Shown here piece after piece: positions 13,301 through 24,260 of a stretch of 64,000 bases of DNA. The stretch's first letter is position 1. Each line of letters starts with the position of its first letter. The translations under genes and the position numbers were made by a program. Origin of the DNA: Haliotis rufescens (Eukaryota); assembly GCF_023055435.1 (NCBI RefSeq), contig NW_025963857.1, positions 26,536,001-26,600,000 of the forward strand, written 5' to 3'. The notes beneath the pieces are model-generated. The model searched no databases, was not told where the DNA came from, and worked only from the letters and a program-made list of their open reading frames with translations.

Positions 13301-16300
13301 TGTTGTCATTGTTTTCAGTTTTGCTATATTTAATGTGATAGTTACAGGAAATAGTGAAACTAGTAACTTCGTTTCAATATTTATTCCTGTACTATCTTTG
13401 AGATTGAATAGACATACATGTTAATGTTTGGAGTCATGCTAGAATAGAAGAATGGTAACATAACAGGAAAATGTAGCCCATGTCCCCAAATCCGTTAATA
13501 ACATACAACATTATTGGAAGAACGAAAGTCTGTCACGCATTGCTGAAGAAGTGAGGAACATGTACCAGACACTGGCTAGTTTGAACCGTGACCCACAGAA
13601 GGTGCGGAAACTGATGGACACGGAGAAGAAGATTCTTGAGTCTCTCGAGGAGAAGAAGAAGAATAGGTATTATAGGGAAGAAGAATCTAGCGTCCACACC
13701 ACCAGCATGTGCTTGATGTTACACCTGCTTTCCTATACCACTCATATATTTGTGTGACCAAACCATGATGGCATATCCAATGCCCGCAACCTGTTGACCG
13801 CTGCGCTTGTTTTAGCCATTTTAGAATTGGCCGTTTCAGATGAAAATATAAATGCATTTGAAACGTATTCAATAATCGTGACTTGTACTCACAGTTTGGT
13901 GCAATAGGCAGCTTTATATTCACAAACTCTGATGTCCTTCCCAACATTAATGCTACAGTAAAGTACGGTTATAACGAACTCAAAGGGACTACTTTTTTAG
14001 TTCGTTATAACCGTAGTTCGTTATAAGCATATATACAGCATAACTACAGCAAATAAAGACCAAAAAAAGTAAGTTCGTTATATCCGTCAGTTCGTTATAA
14101 GCGTGTTCGTTATAACCGTAGTTTACTGTACCATATTGGTTCCTTGGTTAAAATTGTTTTATTGGTTGCCCTGTACAGCATGTAAACAAGTGGTACAAGT
14201 TCTATTTCGAAATTGTATTAATTGGCTCTTACGAAAGACCTCAAGGTCAGTGAAGATGTACACTGTACACAAAAGGATGCCTGGTTTGAATTGATATGCA
14301 CTTACTCACCATGGTCACTATGAATATACAATAAGTGCAATGGCTGATTTTATTGTTGAATGTTCTAGATGTAACAAGGCTCAGCATTATGCCACTTTGT
14401 TTGAAAAGTGATATCCACATACATGCATGCAACACCTTGCTGCACGTACCGTCACCGTGGTTTAGTAGTAGAGCGTCTGCACGGAGAGCGGATTGTCGTG
14501 GGTTCGATCCCTCGACTCGTCATACCAAAAGATGTTAAACGATGGTACTTGGTGTTACCCTGTCTTGCGCTCGGCATGAAAGGGCTAAAACAAGCACTGG
14601 TCAGCTCGGAGTCAGTATACTGTGTCTGAGTGGGGTATTCATGTCAAACTGCGACATGGTATCTCAGTGGGCTAGCACTATAACATCGGCATCAATCCGG
14701 ACTAGAACAAGCAGCCACACACATACACGTGCATGGAACGTCACTATATAAGTGCAACAATCTTGGACTCGACCTCACCTCACCTCACTAGCTACACAGT
14801 TACCATCTTCGATTATCCAATATATTGTATATCCATTCTTGATGATATATTCACAGACCCAGACCGCCTCCGTAGTCTAGTGGTAGAGCGTCCGCCCGGA
14901 GAGCGGAAGTTCCGGGGTTCGATCCCCGGCCGCGTCATACCAAAAGACGTTAAAACTGTGGCATGGTATCTCAGTGGGCTAGCACTATAAATCGGCATCA
15001 GTCCGGACTAGTACAAGCAGCCACGCACACACACACGTGCATGCACGTCGCTATATAAGTGCAATAATCTTGGACGCGCCGTTAAACCCCATTTCACCTC
15101 ACCTATTCACAGACCCATGTTCTACCATAGCTTCCTTTCGAGCCTAGATCGAATGACGCGACGCTAAAAATAGCCACCCAATGAAACTTTATCGTGCATG
15201 ATAGTGCATTAAAAAATATTATTGGAAAGCATGACATAGTTGGAAGGTTTGTATGTGACAAAGTAAACACAATTTATGGATAACAACTTTTTTAATATTG
15301 TAAAGGCGACTTTTCTGTATAGACCCTTATACCGTTGTCAAGCAAGACTGAATGAGGGACATTGTACAGAATATATATATATAGTGGGTGGAGGATTAAC
15401 AGTAACAACAATTGCATACATGAGTGGGATACCATGAGTAAGTAATGAAAACAGAAAGAGAATACTGTCACAACATGATGGACAGAGAACAGATGGATGG
15501 AAGCCGATGTGACATGAAGCCAATTGAACAGGATAAGTGATTATTGCTTAATGTGTTCATTGTAGGCGGATAGGATGAAATAGCCTAGATCTCTGTTGAT
15601 TCATGGCTTGTGGCGGCGAATGTGGTCTGTTTCAGTTAGTTTTCGTGAAGTGAAATCATGGAGGGTGTTGGAGAGGATTTGGACGTTGTCCCAGTTGATG
15701 TTGCGATTAGGACGATGTGGTCCGAGATGGCTGATTTACTGTCTGATTGGATGGTTGAGGTTTTGTGCTCTTTGATTCTGGTGTTGATGGGGCGGGATGT
15801 TTCACCTACGTAAGATTGTCCACAGTTGCAGTCAATTTTGTAAACTACACCTTCAGGCTCTTGGGGTTTGGTTGTGCACCTGCCGTTGGCTCTTAGCGGG
15901 GTATTGAGGGAGTTGGAGCTTGTGTAGTGGGTGTCAATATGGGCTTGCTGTTTGAGGAGGCGGCTGGTGATGTGGGAGGCTTTTCCTATGTAAGAGAGGG
16001 CGATGCGGAAGGGCGCTGATTCGGGTTTAAGGGTCGCAGATCTGGGTGTGGGATGGAGTACGGAAGAGATGACTTAATCCTCCACCTACTGTATATATTC
16101 TGTACAATGTCCCTCATTCAGTCTTGCCTGACAACGGTATAAGGATCTATACCGAAACGTGGTTTTTTTACAGTGTTAAAGAAGATGTTATCCATAAATT
16201 GTGTCTACTTTGTCAACCGTCAGTTTCTAAGTAATGCCTATTAAACAATTCGGTTTGTATCTGATCAAGTGTGCATATTTAAAAGCATTTTTGACATAAC

Positions 16301-19300
16301 TCATATTCAAATTTACTGGTTGGGTGCATGGGTGGTTTTGCCACTGTGTAGTGGTGTGTTCACTAACTGTGACATGATCCCCTGGTCGAAGGTTCGAATC
16401 CCACATTACCTCCCATTATGACCCTTGCTTTACCAGCAGCATACATGAACCCATGTACTTGTGACATTTGGGGCATTCGTCCACAATTAAGTAGCAAGTT
16501 ATGGGAAGGGTTTTGTCACTTTTAATTAACTGTAATTCTGTTCAAAACGGTTTACACTGAAGTTCCAAACTCATCAACTTATTTAATTTATTTAAAATAC
16601 GTTCAATCACGCTTAACAGGGCACAGCAGTAAGATATTTTATTAAAGTGTCTTTAGTGCTTGTAAATATATGTTGTGTTTTTGTGTGTTTTGTGATTGTT
16701 TTATTGGTTCGTTTCCATGTCAGTTTTTGGTAAGGGTTGGAGGGTGAGGGGATGTCTGGCGGAAAGACTTCTGATTGTCCACAACGAGCTCAATACCCGT
16801 TACCTGGAAATGTCACTGTCATGCCATTATATGTCCTAAATAATGGCAACGTTTACCTGACTGATTAGATTCAGTACAGTATGCTCATTAGATGTCACTT
16901 CGTTACTTTAGTCCTTTATATGATATAAAAACTTCTATATTTTATTATCATTCTTCCATGTTAGATGCCATTACATGTACAGGTGTAACAGTAACGTCTA
17001 GGTGGCAGGTGTATTGAACATGATCCAGGTGACAGGTGTGATGACATTGAGAGATGTCATCTCGGATGACATGTTTAATGACGACAGAGACAGGTGTGAT
17101 TACATTGAGAGATGTCATCTCGGGCGACATGTTTAATGACGACAGAGACAGGTGTGATAACATCGTGAGGTGTCATCTCGGGTGACATGTTTAATGACGA
17201 CAGAGACAGATGTGATTACATTGAGAGATGTCATCTCGGAAGACATGTTCAATGATGATAGTGACATCCAGGTGGCAGGTGTGATAACATTGTGAGATGT
17301 CATCTCGGGTGGCATGTTTAATGACGACAGTGACATCCAGGTGACAGGTGTGATTACATTGTGAGATGTCATCTCGGGTGGCATGTTTAATGACGACAGT
17401 GACATCCAGGTGACAGGTGTGATTACATCGTGAGGTGTCATCTCGGAAGACATGTTCAATGACACAGTGACATTCAGGTGACAGGTGTGATTACATCGTG
17501 AGGTGTCATCTCGGAAGACATGTTCAATGACACAGTGACATTCAGGTGACAGGTGTGATTACATTGTGAGGTGTCATCTCGTGTGGCATCATTAATGACG
17601 ACAGTGACATCCAGGTGACAGGTGTGATAACATTGAGAGATGTCATCTCAGGAGACATGTTCAATGACACAGTGACATCCAGGTGACAGGTGTGATAACA
17701 TCCTGAGGTGTCATCTCGGGTGACATGTTTAATGACGACAGTGACATCCAGGTGACAGGTGTGATAACATTGAGAGGTGTCATCTCGGGTGACATGTTCA
17801 ATGACACAGTGACATCCAGGTGACAGGTGTGATAACATCCTGAGGTGTCATCTCGGGTGACATGTTTAATGACGACAGTGACATCCAGGTGACAGGTGTG
17901 ATAACATTGAGAGATGTCATCTCGGAAGACATTTTCAATGACACAGTGACATCCAGGTGACAGGTGTGATAACATCCTGAGGTGTCATCTCGGGTGACAT
18001 GTTTAATGACGACAGTGACATCCAGGTGACAGGTGTGATAACATTGAGAGATGTCATCTCGGAAGACATGTTCAATGACACAGTGACATCCAGGTGACAG
18101 GTGTGATAACATCCTGAGGTGTCATCTCGGGTTACATGTTTAATGACGACAGTGACATCCAGGTGACAGGTGTGATAACATTGAGAGATGTCATCTCGGA
18201 AGACATTTTCAATGACACAGTGACATCCAGGTGACAGGTGTGATAACATCCTGAGGTGTCATCTCGGGTGACATGTTTAATGACGACAGTGACATCCAGG
18301 TGACAGGTGTGATTACATTAAAAGTTGTCATCTCAGGTGACATGTTTAATGACGACAGAGGCAGGTGTGATTACATTGAGAGATGTCATCTCGGAAGACA
18401 TGTTCAATGACACAGTGACATCCAGGTGACAGGTGTGATTACATTGAGAGGTGTCATCTCGGAAGACATGTTCAATGATGATAGTGACATCCAGGTGACA
18501 GGTGTGATTACATCGTAAGGTATCATTTCTGGTGGCATGTTTAATGACGACAGTGACATCCAGGTGACAGGTGTGATTACATCGTGAGGTGTCATCTCGG
18601 AAGACATGTTCAATGACACAGTGACATCCAGGTGACAGGTGTGATTACATTGAGAGGTGTCATCTCGGAAGACATGTTCAATGATGATAGTGACATCCAG
18701 GTGACAGGTGTGATTACATCGTAAGGTATCATTTCTGGTGGCATGTTTAATGACGACAGTGACATCCAGGTGACAGGTGTGATTACATCGTGAGGTGTCA
18801 TCTCGGAAGACATGTTCAATGACACAGTGACATCCAGGTGACAGGTGTGATAACATCCTGAGGTGTCATCTCGGGTGACATGTTTAATGACGACAGTGAC
18901 ATCCAGGTGACAGGTGTGATAACATTGAGAGATGTCATCTCGGAAGACATTTTCAATGACACAGTGACATCCAGGTGACAGGTGTGATAACATCCTGAGG
19001 TGTCATCTCGGGTGACATGTTTAATGACGACAGTGACATCCAGGTGACAGGTGTGATAACATTGAGAGATGTCATCTCGGAAGACATGTTCAATGACACA
19101 GTGACATCCAGGTGACAGGTGTGATAACATCCTGAGGTGTCATCTCGGGTTACATGTTTAATGACGACAGTGACATCCAGGTGACAGGTGTGATAACATT
19201 GAGAGATGTCATCTCGGAAGACATTTTCAATGACACAGTGACATCCAGGTGACAGGTGTGATAACATCCTGAGGTGTCATCTCGGGTGACATGTTTAATG

Positions 19301-21868
19301 ACGACAGTGACATCCAGGTGACAGGTGTGATTACATTAAAAGTTGTCATCTCAGGTGACATGTTTAATGACGACAGAGGCAGGTGTGATTACATTGAGAG
19401 ATGTCATCTCGGAAGACATGTTCAATGACACAGTGACATCCAGGTGACAGGTGTGATTACATTGAGAGGTGTCATCTCGGAAGACATGTTCAATGATGAT
19501 AGTGACATCCAGGTGACAGGTGTGATTACATCGTAAGGTATCATTTCTGGTGGCATGTTTAATGACGACAGTGACATCCAGGTGACAGGTGTGATTACAT
19601 CGTGAGGTGTCATCTCGGAAGACATGTTCAATGACACAGTGACATCCAGGTGACAGGTGTGATAACATTTAGAGATGTCACCTCGGATGACATGTTTAAT
19701 GACACAGTGACATCCAGGTGACAGGTGTGATAACATCCTGAGGTGTCATCTCGGATGACATGTTTAATGACACAGTGACATCCAGGTGACAGGTGTGATT
19801 ACATCGTGAGGTGTCATCTCGGAAGACATGTTCAATGACACAGTGACATCCAGGTGACAGGTGTGATAACATCCTGAGGTGTCATCTCGGGTTACATGTT
19901 TAATGACGACAGTGACATCCAGGTGACAGGTGTGATAACATCCTGAGGTGTCATCTCAGGTGACATGTTTAATGACGACAGAGACAGGTTTGATTACATT
20001 GAGAGATGTCATCTCGGGTGACATGTTCAATGACACAGTGACATGCAGGTGACAGGTGTGATAACATCCTGAGATGTCATCTCGGGTGACATGTTTAATG
20101 ACGTCAGAGACAGGTGTGATTACATTGAGAGATGTCATCTCGGAAGACATGTTCAATGACACAGTGACATCCAGGTGACAGGTGTGATAACATCCTGAGG
20201 TGTCATCTCGTAAGACATGTTTAATGACGACAGTGACATCAAGGTGACAGGTGTGATAACATTGAGAGATGTCATCTAGGGTGACATGTTTAATGACGAC
20301 AGAGACAGGTGTGATTACATTGAGAGATGTCATCTCGGAAGACATGTTCAATGACACAGTGACATCCAGGTGACAGGTGTGATAACATTGAGAGGTGTCA
20401 TCTCGGAAGACATGTTCAATGACACAGTGACATCCAGGTGACAGGTGTGATAACATCCTGAGGTGTCTTCTCGGGGGACATGTTTAATGACGACAGTGAC
20501 AACCAGGTGACAGGTGTGATAACATTTAGAGATGTCATCTCGGAAGACATGTTCAATGACACAGTGACATCCAGGTGACAGGTGTGATAACATCCTGAGG
20601 TGTCTTCTCGGGGGACATGTTTAATGACGACAGTGACATCCAGGTGACAGGTGTGATTACATTGAGAGGTGTCATCTCGGAAGACATGTTCAATGACACA
20701 GTGACATCCAGGTGACAGGTGTGATAACATCCTGAGGTGTCTTCTCGGATGACATGTTTAATGACACATTGACATCCAGGTGACAGGTGTGATAACATTG
20801 AGAGGTGTCATCTCGGAAGACATGTTCAATGACACAGTGACATCCAGGTGACAGGTGTGATAACATCCTGAGATGTCATCTCGGGTGACGTGTCTAATGA
20901 CGACAGTGACAACCAGGTGACAGGTGTGATTACATTAAAAGTTGTCATCTCAGGTGACATGTTTAATGACGACAGAGGCAGGTGTGATTACATTGAGAGA
21001 TGTCATCTCGGAAGACATGTTCAATGACACAGTGACATCAAGGTGACAGGTGTGATTACATTGAGAGGTGTCATCTCGGAAGACATGTTCAATGATGATA
21101 GTGACATCCAGGTGACAGGTGTGATTACATCGTTAGGTATCATTTCTGGTGGCATGTTTAATGACGACAGTGACATCCAGGTGACAGATGTGATAACATC
21201 GTGAGGTGTCATTGTTACAGAATATTTATCTTTTTTAAAGAAGTAATATCCTAGGTAAAAGTTTCCAGTGGAAATGTTTGCAAAGGATTTTATTTCTAGT
21301 ATTTTACTTACCCTGGAATATTTTCCCATATGAATATTCTTTCCCCAGCTGGAAGCCTTTTTACCAAGAAACATTAATCGTTACACCATCACAGTTGACA
21401 TGTGTAGAAGTGACAGAGACATATCCTCGAGGATAGGTGACGATTGTAATAAAATTTATCAGATGTCATTCTGCCAGATTCTCCCTCCCATCCCTTCTTT
21501 TTTAGGTTATAAGAAGTGTACAGAATCATTGCGTCCATTAGGCGAGCCAAAACGTATGACAGTGGGAGCGAATCTTAGATTCACACTTAACGTGTTTCTA
21601 TGTTAGTCGGTATCATGCCGAGCTGGTAGGTTTCACCAAGGTGGTAAACATCTATAACCTCGACCTTGCCATCCACATCATGCTGACGTATATAACTTAA
21701 ATGCTGTTCAGAATCGGCGTAAAAGCCAACTCACTCACTCGCTCATGGGGTATACAGCTTATACCTCACCATAACCTAAACGCAATCAGCGTCTCACTAT
21801 TTGCATTTTATCCTATCCACAGTAACATCTACGGAGAGTTCACCATGCCCAGGCACAAAAAGACTTGA
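1605..21868 (+). CDS. PLCG: Phospholipase C-gamma-like gene, 3' portion. Exons: 1605-1673, 2774-2877, 3683-3819, 4969-5120, 7767-7863, 8543-8633, 9284-9454, 10076-10178, 10731-10842, 11522-11683, 12544-12632, 13521-13666, 21823-21868 (stop). 5' exons lie upstream of the window
   Basis: Spliced frame is continuous. SH3 (VKALYDF...WWRGD...FPANYV), C-terminal split PH (EMADWGDAI), Y box (ELSDLVVYC; QLSRIYPK..R...[37 protein letters not shown]), C2 (NNGLTPVW; [18 protein letters not shown]). The last two exons are less certain. Confidence 0.92.
1728..1995 (+). mobile_element. Family-A non-autonomous retroposon (no tRNA head; CCCGTGAAGA... head, (AAAC)n tail)
   Basis: 14-bp TSD TCTAGCGCCTCATA (1714-1727, 1996-2009); many copies in the window. 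Confidence 0.9.
2774..2877 (+). CDS. PLCG: PLC-gamma exon, SH3 N-half ([35 protein letters not shown])
   Basis: ALYDF SH3 motif; AG/GT boundaries. Confidence 0.9.
3225..3577 (-). mobile_element. tRNA-derived SINE family D (MetaSINE-like)
   Basis: Reverse complement of the copies at 14448 and 14862; A/B boxes; GTCATACCAAAAG..., CTAGCACTAT motifs. Confidence 0.8.
3683..3819 (+). CDS. PLCG: PLC-gamma exon, SH3 C-half ([20 protein letters not shown]...)
   Basis: WWRG and FPANYV motifs. Confidence 0.9.
4020..4632. mobile_element. pogo/Tigger-like MITE with internal 82-83-bp tandem repeats (4305-4598)
   Basis: Imperfect TIRs CAGTCGAACCCCGTT / AACGGAGTTTGACGG; repeat starts at 4305, 4387, 4470, 4553. 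Confidence 0.6.
4969..5120 (+). CDS. PLCG: PLC-gamma exon, C-terminal split PH domain
   Basis: [10 protein letters not shown] helix; phase-compatible splice sites. Confidence 0.8.
5240..7410. repeat. G-rich ~22-bp minisatellite (GATGGCTGGGTGGGGAGGAGGT variants) in a PLC intron
   Basis: Extreme G skew; 22-nt period. Confidence 0.9.
7767..7863 (+). CDS. PLCG: PLC-gamma exon, start of Y box ([16 protein letters not shown])
   Basis: ELSDLVVYC motif. Confidence 0.9.
8543..8633 (+). CDS. PLCG: PLC-gamma exon, Y box (EMSSLSESK)
   Basis: Homologous to the EMSSFxE motif; followed by a U12 donor. Confidence 0.85.
8634..9283 (+). other. U12-type (minor spliceosome) GT-AG intron
   Basis: 5' site GTATCCTT; branch site TTCCTTAAC at 9267-9275; AG at 9282-9283 with no polypyrimidine tract; the join keeps the frame. 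Confidence 0.9.
8696..8960 (+). mobile_element. Family-A retroposon copy inside the U12 intron
   Basis: Near-identical to 1728-1995. Confidence 0.85.
9284..9454 (+). CDS. PLCG: PLC-gamma exon, Y box core (QLSRIYPK...[11 protein letters not shown])
   Basis: Canonical PI-PLC Y-domain motifs. Confidence 0.95.
10076..10178 (+). CDS. PLCG: PLC-gamma exon (CGYVLKP...)
   Basis: End-of-Y-box motif. Confidence 0.9.
10731..10842 (+). CDS. PLCG: PLC-gamma exon, C2 N-part
   Basis: [13 protein letters not shown] resembles PFVEVEI.G...D. Confidence 0.8.
10882..11047 (+). mobile_element. tRNA-derived SINE family B with (CACT)n tail
   Basis: A box TAGCCTAGTGG, B box GGTTCGATTCC; 14-bp TSD TATTGTGTAAGTAA. 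Confidence 0.9.
11522..11683 (+). CDS. PLCG: PLC-gamma exon, C2 core
   Basis: NNGLTPVW...P.MALLRF...LAQATIPV. Confidence 0.9.
11714..11930 (+). mobile_element. Family-A retroposon copy (diverged)
   Basis: Similarity to 1728-1995. Confidence 0.75.
12135..12530 (+). mobile_element. Nested family-A copies (a younger 5'-truncated copy inside an older one)
   Basis: CAATCACTGGTTTG duplicated around the inner copy. Confidence 0.7.
12544..12632 (+). CDS. PLCG: PLC-gamma exon, C2 end ([23 protein letters not shown])
   Basis: GYRSVPL-type motif. Confidence 0.9.
12715..12874 (-). mobile_element. SINE family B
   Basis: Reverse complement of 10882-11047; TSD TGCC(A/C)AGCAATA. Confidence 0.88.
13521..13666 (+). 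CDS. PLCG: Probable PLC-gamma exon, C-terminal helical tail
   Basis: Coding-like charged frame; weak acceptor, phase-compatible. Confidence 0.6.
13956..14128. mobile_element. Tc1/pogo-type MITE, 173 bp
   Basis: TA TSD; TIR CAGTAAA(G/C)TACGGTTATAACGAAC; internal GTTCGTTATA repeats. Confidence 0.85.
14448..15105 (+). mobile_element. Two adjacent family-D (MetaSINE-like) copies: 14448-14790 full, 14862-15105 internally deleted
   Basis: tRNA A/B boxes, shared body and CACCT tail. Confidence 0.85.
15305..15343 (-). ncRNA. Minimal type-I hammerhead-like motif in a pLTR (U3-A8 core variant)
   Basis: GC UUGACAA C GGUAUA-loop-UAUACA GAAAA GUC GC; this copy has two substitutions relative to the sister copies. 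Confidence 0.55.
16126..16162 (+). ncRNA. Minimal hammerhead-like motif in the inverted pLTR
   Basis: CUGACAA C GGUAUA AGGAUC UAUACC GAAAC GU. Confidence 0.55.
16975..21215. repeat. Satellite array of 68/69-bp monomers (plus 57-bp variants) with a 137-bp dimer and a ~1018-bp higher-order duplication
   Basis: Direct reading; ORF-track offsets of 137 (17661/17798/17935) and 1018 (17798/18816, 17935/18953). Confidence 0.95.
21823..21868 (+). CDS. PLCG: Probable last PLC-gamma coding exon ([15 protein letters not shown])
   Basis: Strong pyrimidine-rich acceptor, phase matches, followed by long AT-rich 3'UTR-like DNA. Confidence 0.5.
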
Positions 21869-23619
21869 GCAGAAGGAGCTGGAGCTTTCTCCCACTGGCA
21901 TCAGAAACCTGAGAGAAGCAAACTGCACAGGAAGAGGTTAAGTCCGATCACACGTGTAGTGCTTGTGACGGACAGACAGGGTGACAGCTTCAAGGAAATA
22001 TTTCAATTGTTATCAGACAGAAATGACAATGAATAATGCTATGTCATATTATCAGAACCAGCTGTAACGATAGCTGGAAGAGGCAACACAAGAGGAACAT
22101 CCCAATGCCTGTATTGCTGGTACGAGATTTAGCTGTATGTGATATGTGGTTCATATGAGATAGTGCATCTTAATATGTTTCATGTCCTGTTTCGATCTTT
22201 CTGCAAAACGTTTGATGGTGTCTGTTCAGCAATCTGAAAGGTAGATTAGATCCAATTCGACATGGTACTAGTAAATGGATTTACTTGGGTGTCCAGTCTA
22301 ACGTAATCGTGCCAAAGGAAGGTCCTTCGCTGATCAGCGTGATTACATATTTAGTACTTGACATAGTGATCTTGTAGACATAAGTGATGGATCCATGTAA
22401 AATTCACATGTTGAAATGGTACACCTTGCTTCCAGGAAGCGTGCGATGGTTGGAAGACTTGATTAATTGATTAAGGCTGTAAATGCATGTGTATATTATA
22501 TCTTGTTTATTATTTTATTGTTGTTGTTTATTTTGATGTTGGTTCTATTACTGATACTACCTGTTTAATGTACATATGTGGTTGATATGAATGCTCTAAT
22601 TTGGACAGTTTTACTTTCATGGAATGTCAATTTTATTCTCTGGCTGGTATTGCCTAGATTTCATTCCTATTTGTATCTGTGAATATGTGTATCATCCATT
22701 AAAACGTGGAGATTAATCATATTTAGCCAACTAAACCTCACATTATTATTCATTTAATTTGTCTGTTCTGGTATATGCAATTACTGTATTTATCTATACG
22801 CTTGTCCGTTATTGTTGGATCTGTCAACAATGTAACATCAGTAAGAAAGACATTTTTCTTTCCTTTTTTACTCGCGTATCAAAATTTCAAATGCTAAAAC
22901 CATGTTAATTAACTTAAACGTGTTCTTCCAGATGCTTAGTACCTATTTTTACACAGAAACACGACCTCCACATAATGCATGAATCTTGAAAAGACTTTAC
23001 CCCAGGAATGTGTACATTTGCTACAGTGAAAACTGAAACTTTGAAGTATCTTGTTATTTATAGTATGCACCTCTCTCGCACTAACTGTGATACTTTTGTG
23101 CATAATATTTTTATATATATGTATGAACTTATGTAGAATTGCAACATAAGCTAAGTTGTAAACTTTTCGATTGTACCATGCAATGTCCCCTTTCTTCATA
23201 CCTGAATATTATGACCGTACCATTATACGGTGTAACTTCCATTGCCGTTCTCTGCAGACAACTTTTAGAGTTTTTCGTGTCTTTTGGACCTTAATATACT
23301 TTTCCACAAACAGTTCTACAAACAGTTGCCTAGCAACAACATTATAACAGTCGCCAGGGGCACAACGGCAGTTTCAGATGCATGTATTTCATCAATTTCA
23401 TCAGAATGACAATACAGAATGCGTTCAAATTACTAAACGAACTTGTGTGTAAAATCGTCATAATGGTTATGACGCCAACTGTTATTTGTTGATAACAAAG
23501 AGATACTGAGTGTGCATGTACTGGTTTTATGAATCTCGCGTCCGTATTCATGTATTTCAAAATGTTTTACCAGTGACTCATGTCAGAGTTTGCATCCGTG
23601 AAACGTGAATCTGTATTGT

Positions 23620-24260
23620 TTATGACGAACAGGAAAATTCCATTGATGACGAACAGAAAAACCCAATTGATGACGAACAGAAAAACCCAATTGATGACGA
23701 ACATGGTTGCGTTGGAAAGCGCCAGTCGCTTGCAAGCAATGTACATCGATTCGCCTTACAACGGGGCGCTTACTTTCAGGCGCTTGCAGTCGTTCCATTC
23801 GCTGGCTGAGGTCGCTTCGTTCTCAAACCAAAATGGCGGTTGAGTTCAACAGCGGAACAAGAAACTTTTGACTGGATCTACTGAGAGAGGGGCAAAGGCA
23901 GCTAACACCCCATCATTTTCCCAGTCAGCTACATAACCTCATCAGTTCGTCATCGAACCGCTTCTATTACTTTCTTCATTAGGAAAAAGGCAACCAAGCA
24001 CTAGTTGCGCCACCATTTTGGCAGAGTGTGCAAGCTCTTCATGCTGTTTCAGACCCCGGAATTAGCGATGTATTGCTTACTCTAAGCGATTTGTGGCTTC
24101 CAACGCGCCCCAGAAAACATCCATTGATGACGAACAGAAAAATTCCATTGATGACGAACAAAAAATTCTATTGATGACGAACAGAAAAATCCCATTGATG
24201 ACGAACAAAACATTCTATTAAGGACGAACAGAAAAATTCCATTGATGACAAACAGAAAAA
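23620..24260. repeat. 24-bp minisatellite (CATTGATGACGAACAGAAAAATTC) interrupted by a ~400-bp insert with imperfect inverted ends
   Basis: 4 units left and 6 right; GCGTTGGAA...TACATCG versus CGATGTA...TTCCAACGC. Confidence 0.75.

Larger units (their letters stand above)
15258..16250 (-). mobile_element. Penelope-like element 3' fragment (GIY-YIG endonuclease pseudogene) with inverted pLTR copies at both ends
   Basis: Minus-strand translation [30 protein letters not shown]; 15258-15400 is the reverse complement of 16075-16215. Confidence 0.88.

Noticed and set aside
16948-21374. Many Cys/His-rich ORFs
   Set aside because: Translations of a 68/69-bp satellite with constant frameshifts
23620-24260. 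CRISPR-like repeats
   Set aside because: Units are head-to-tail without unique spacers, the context is eukaryotic, and there are no cas genes
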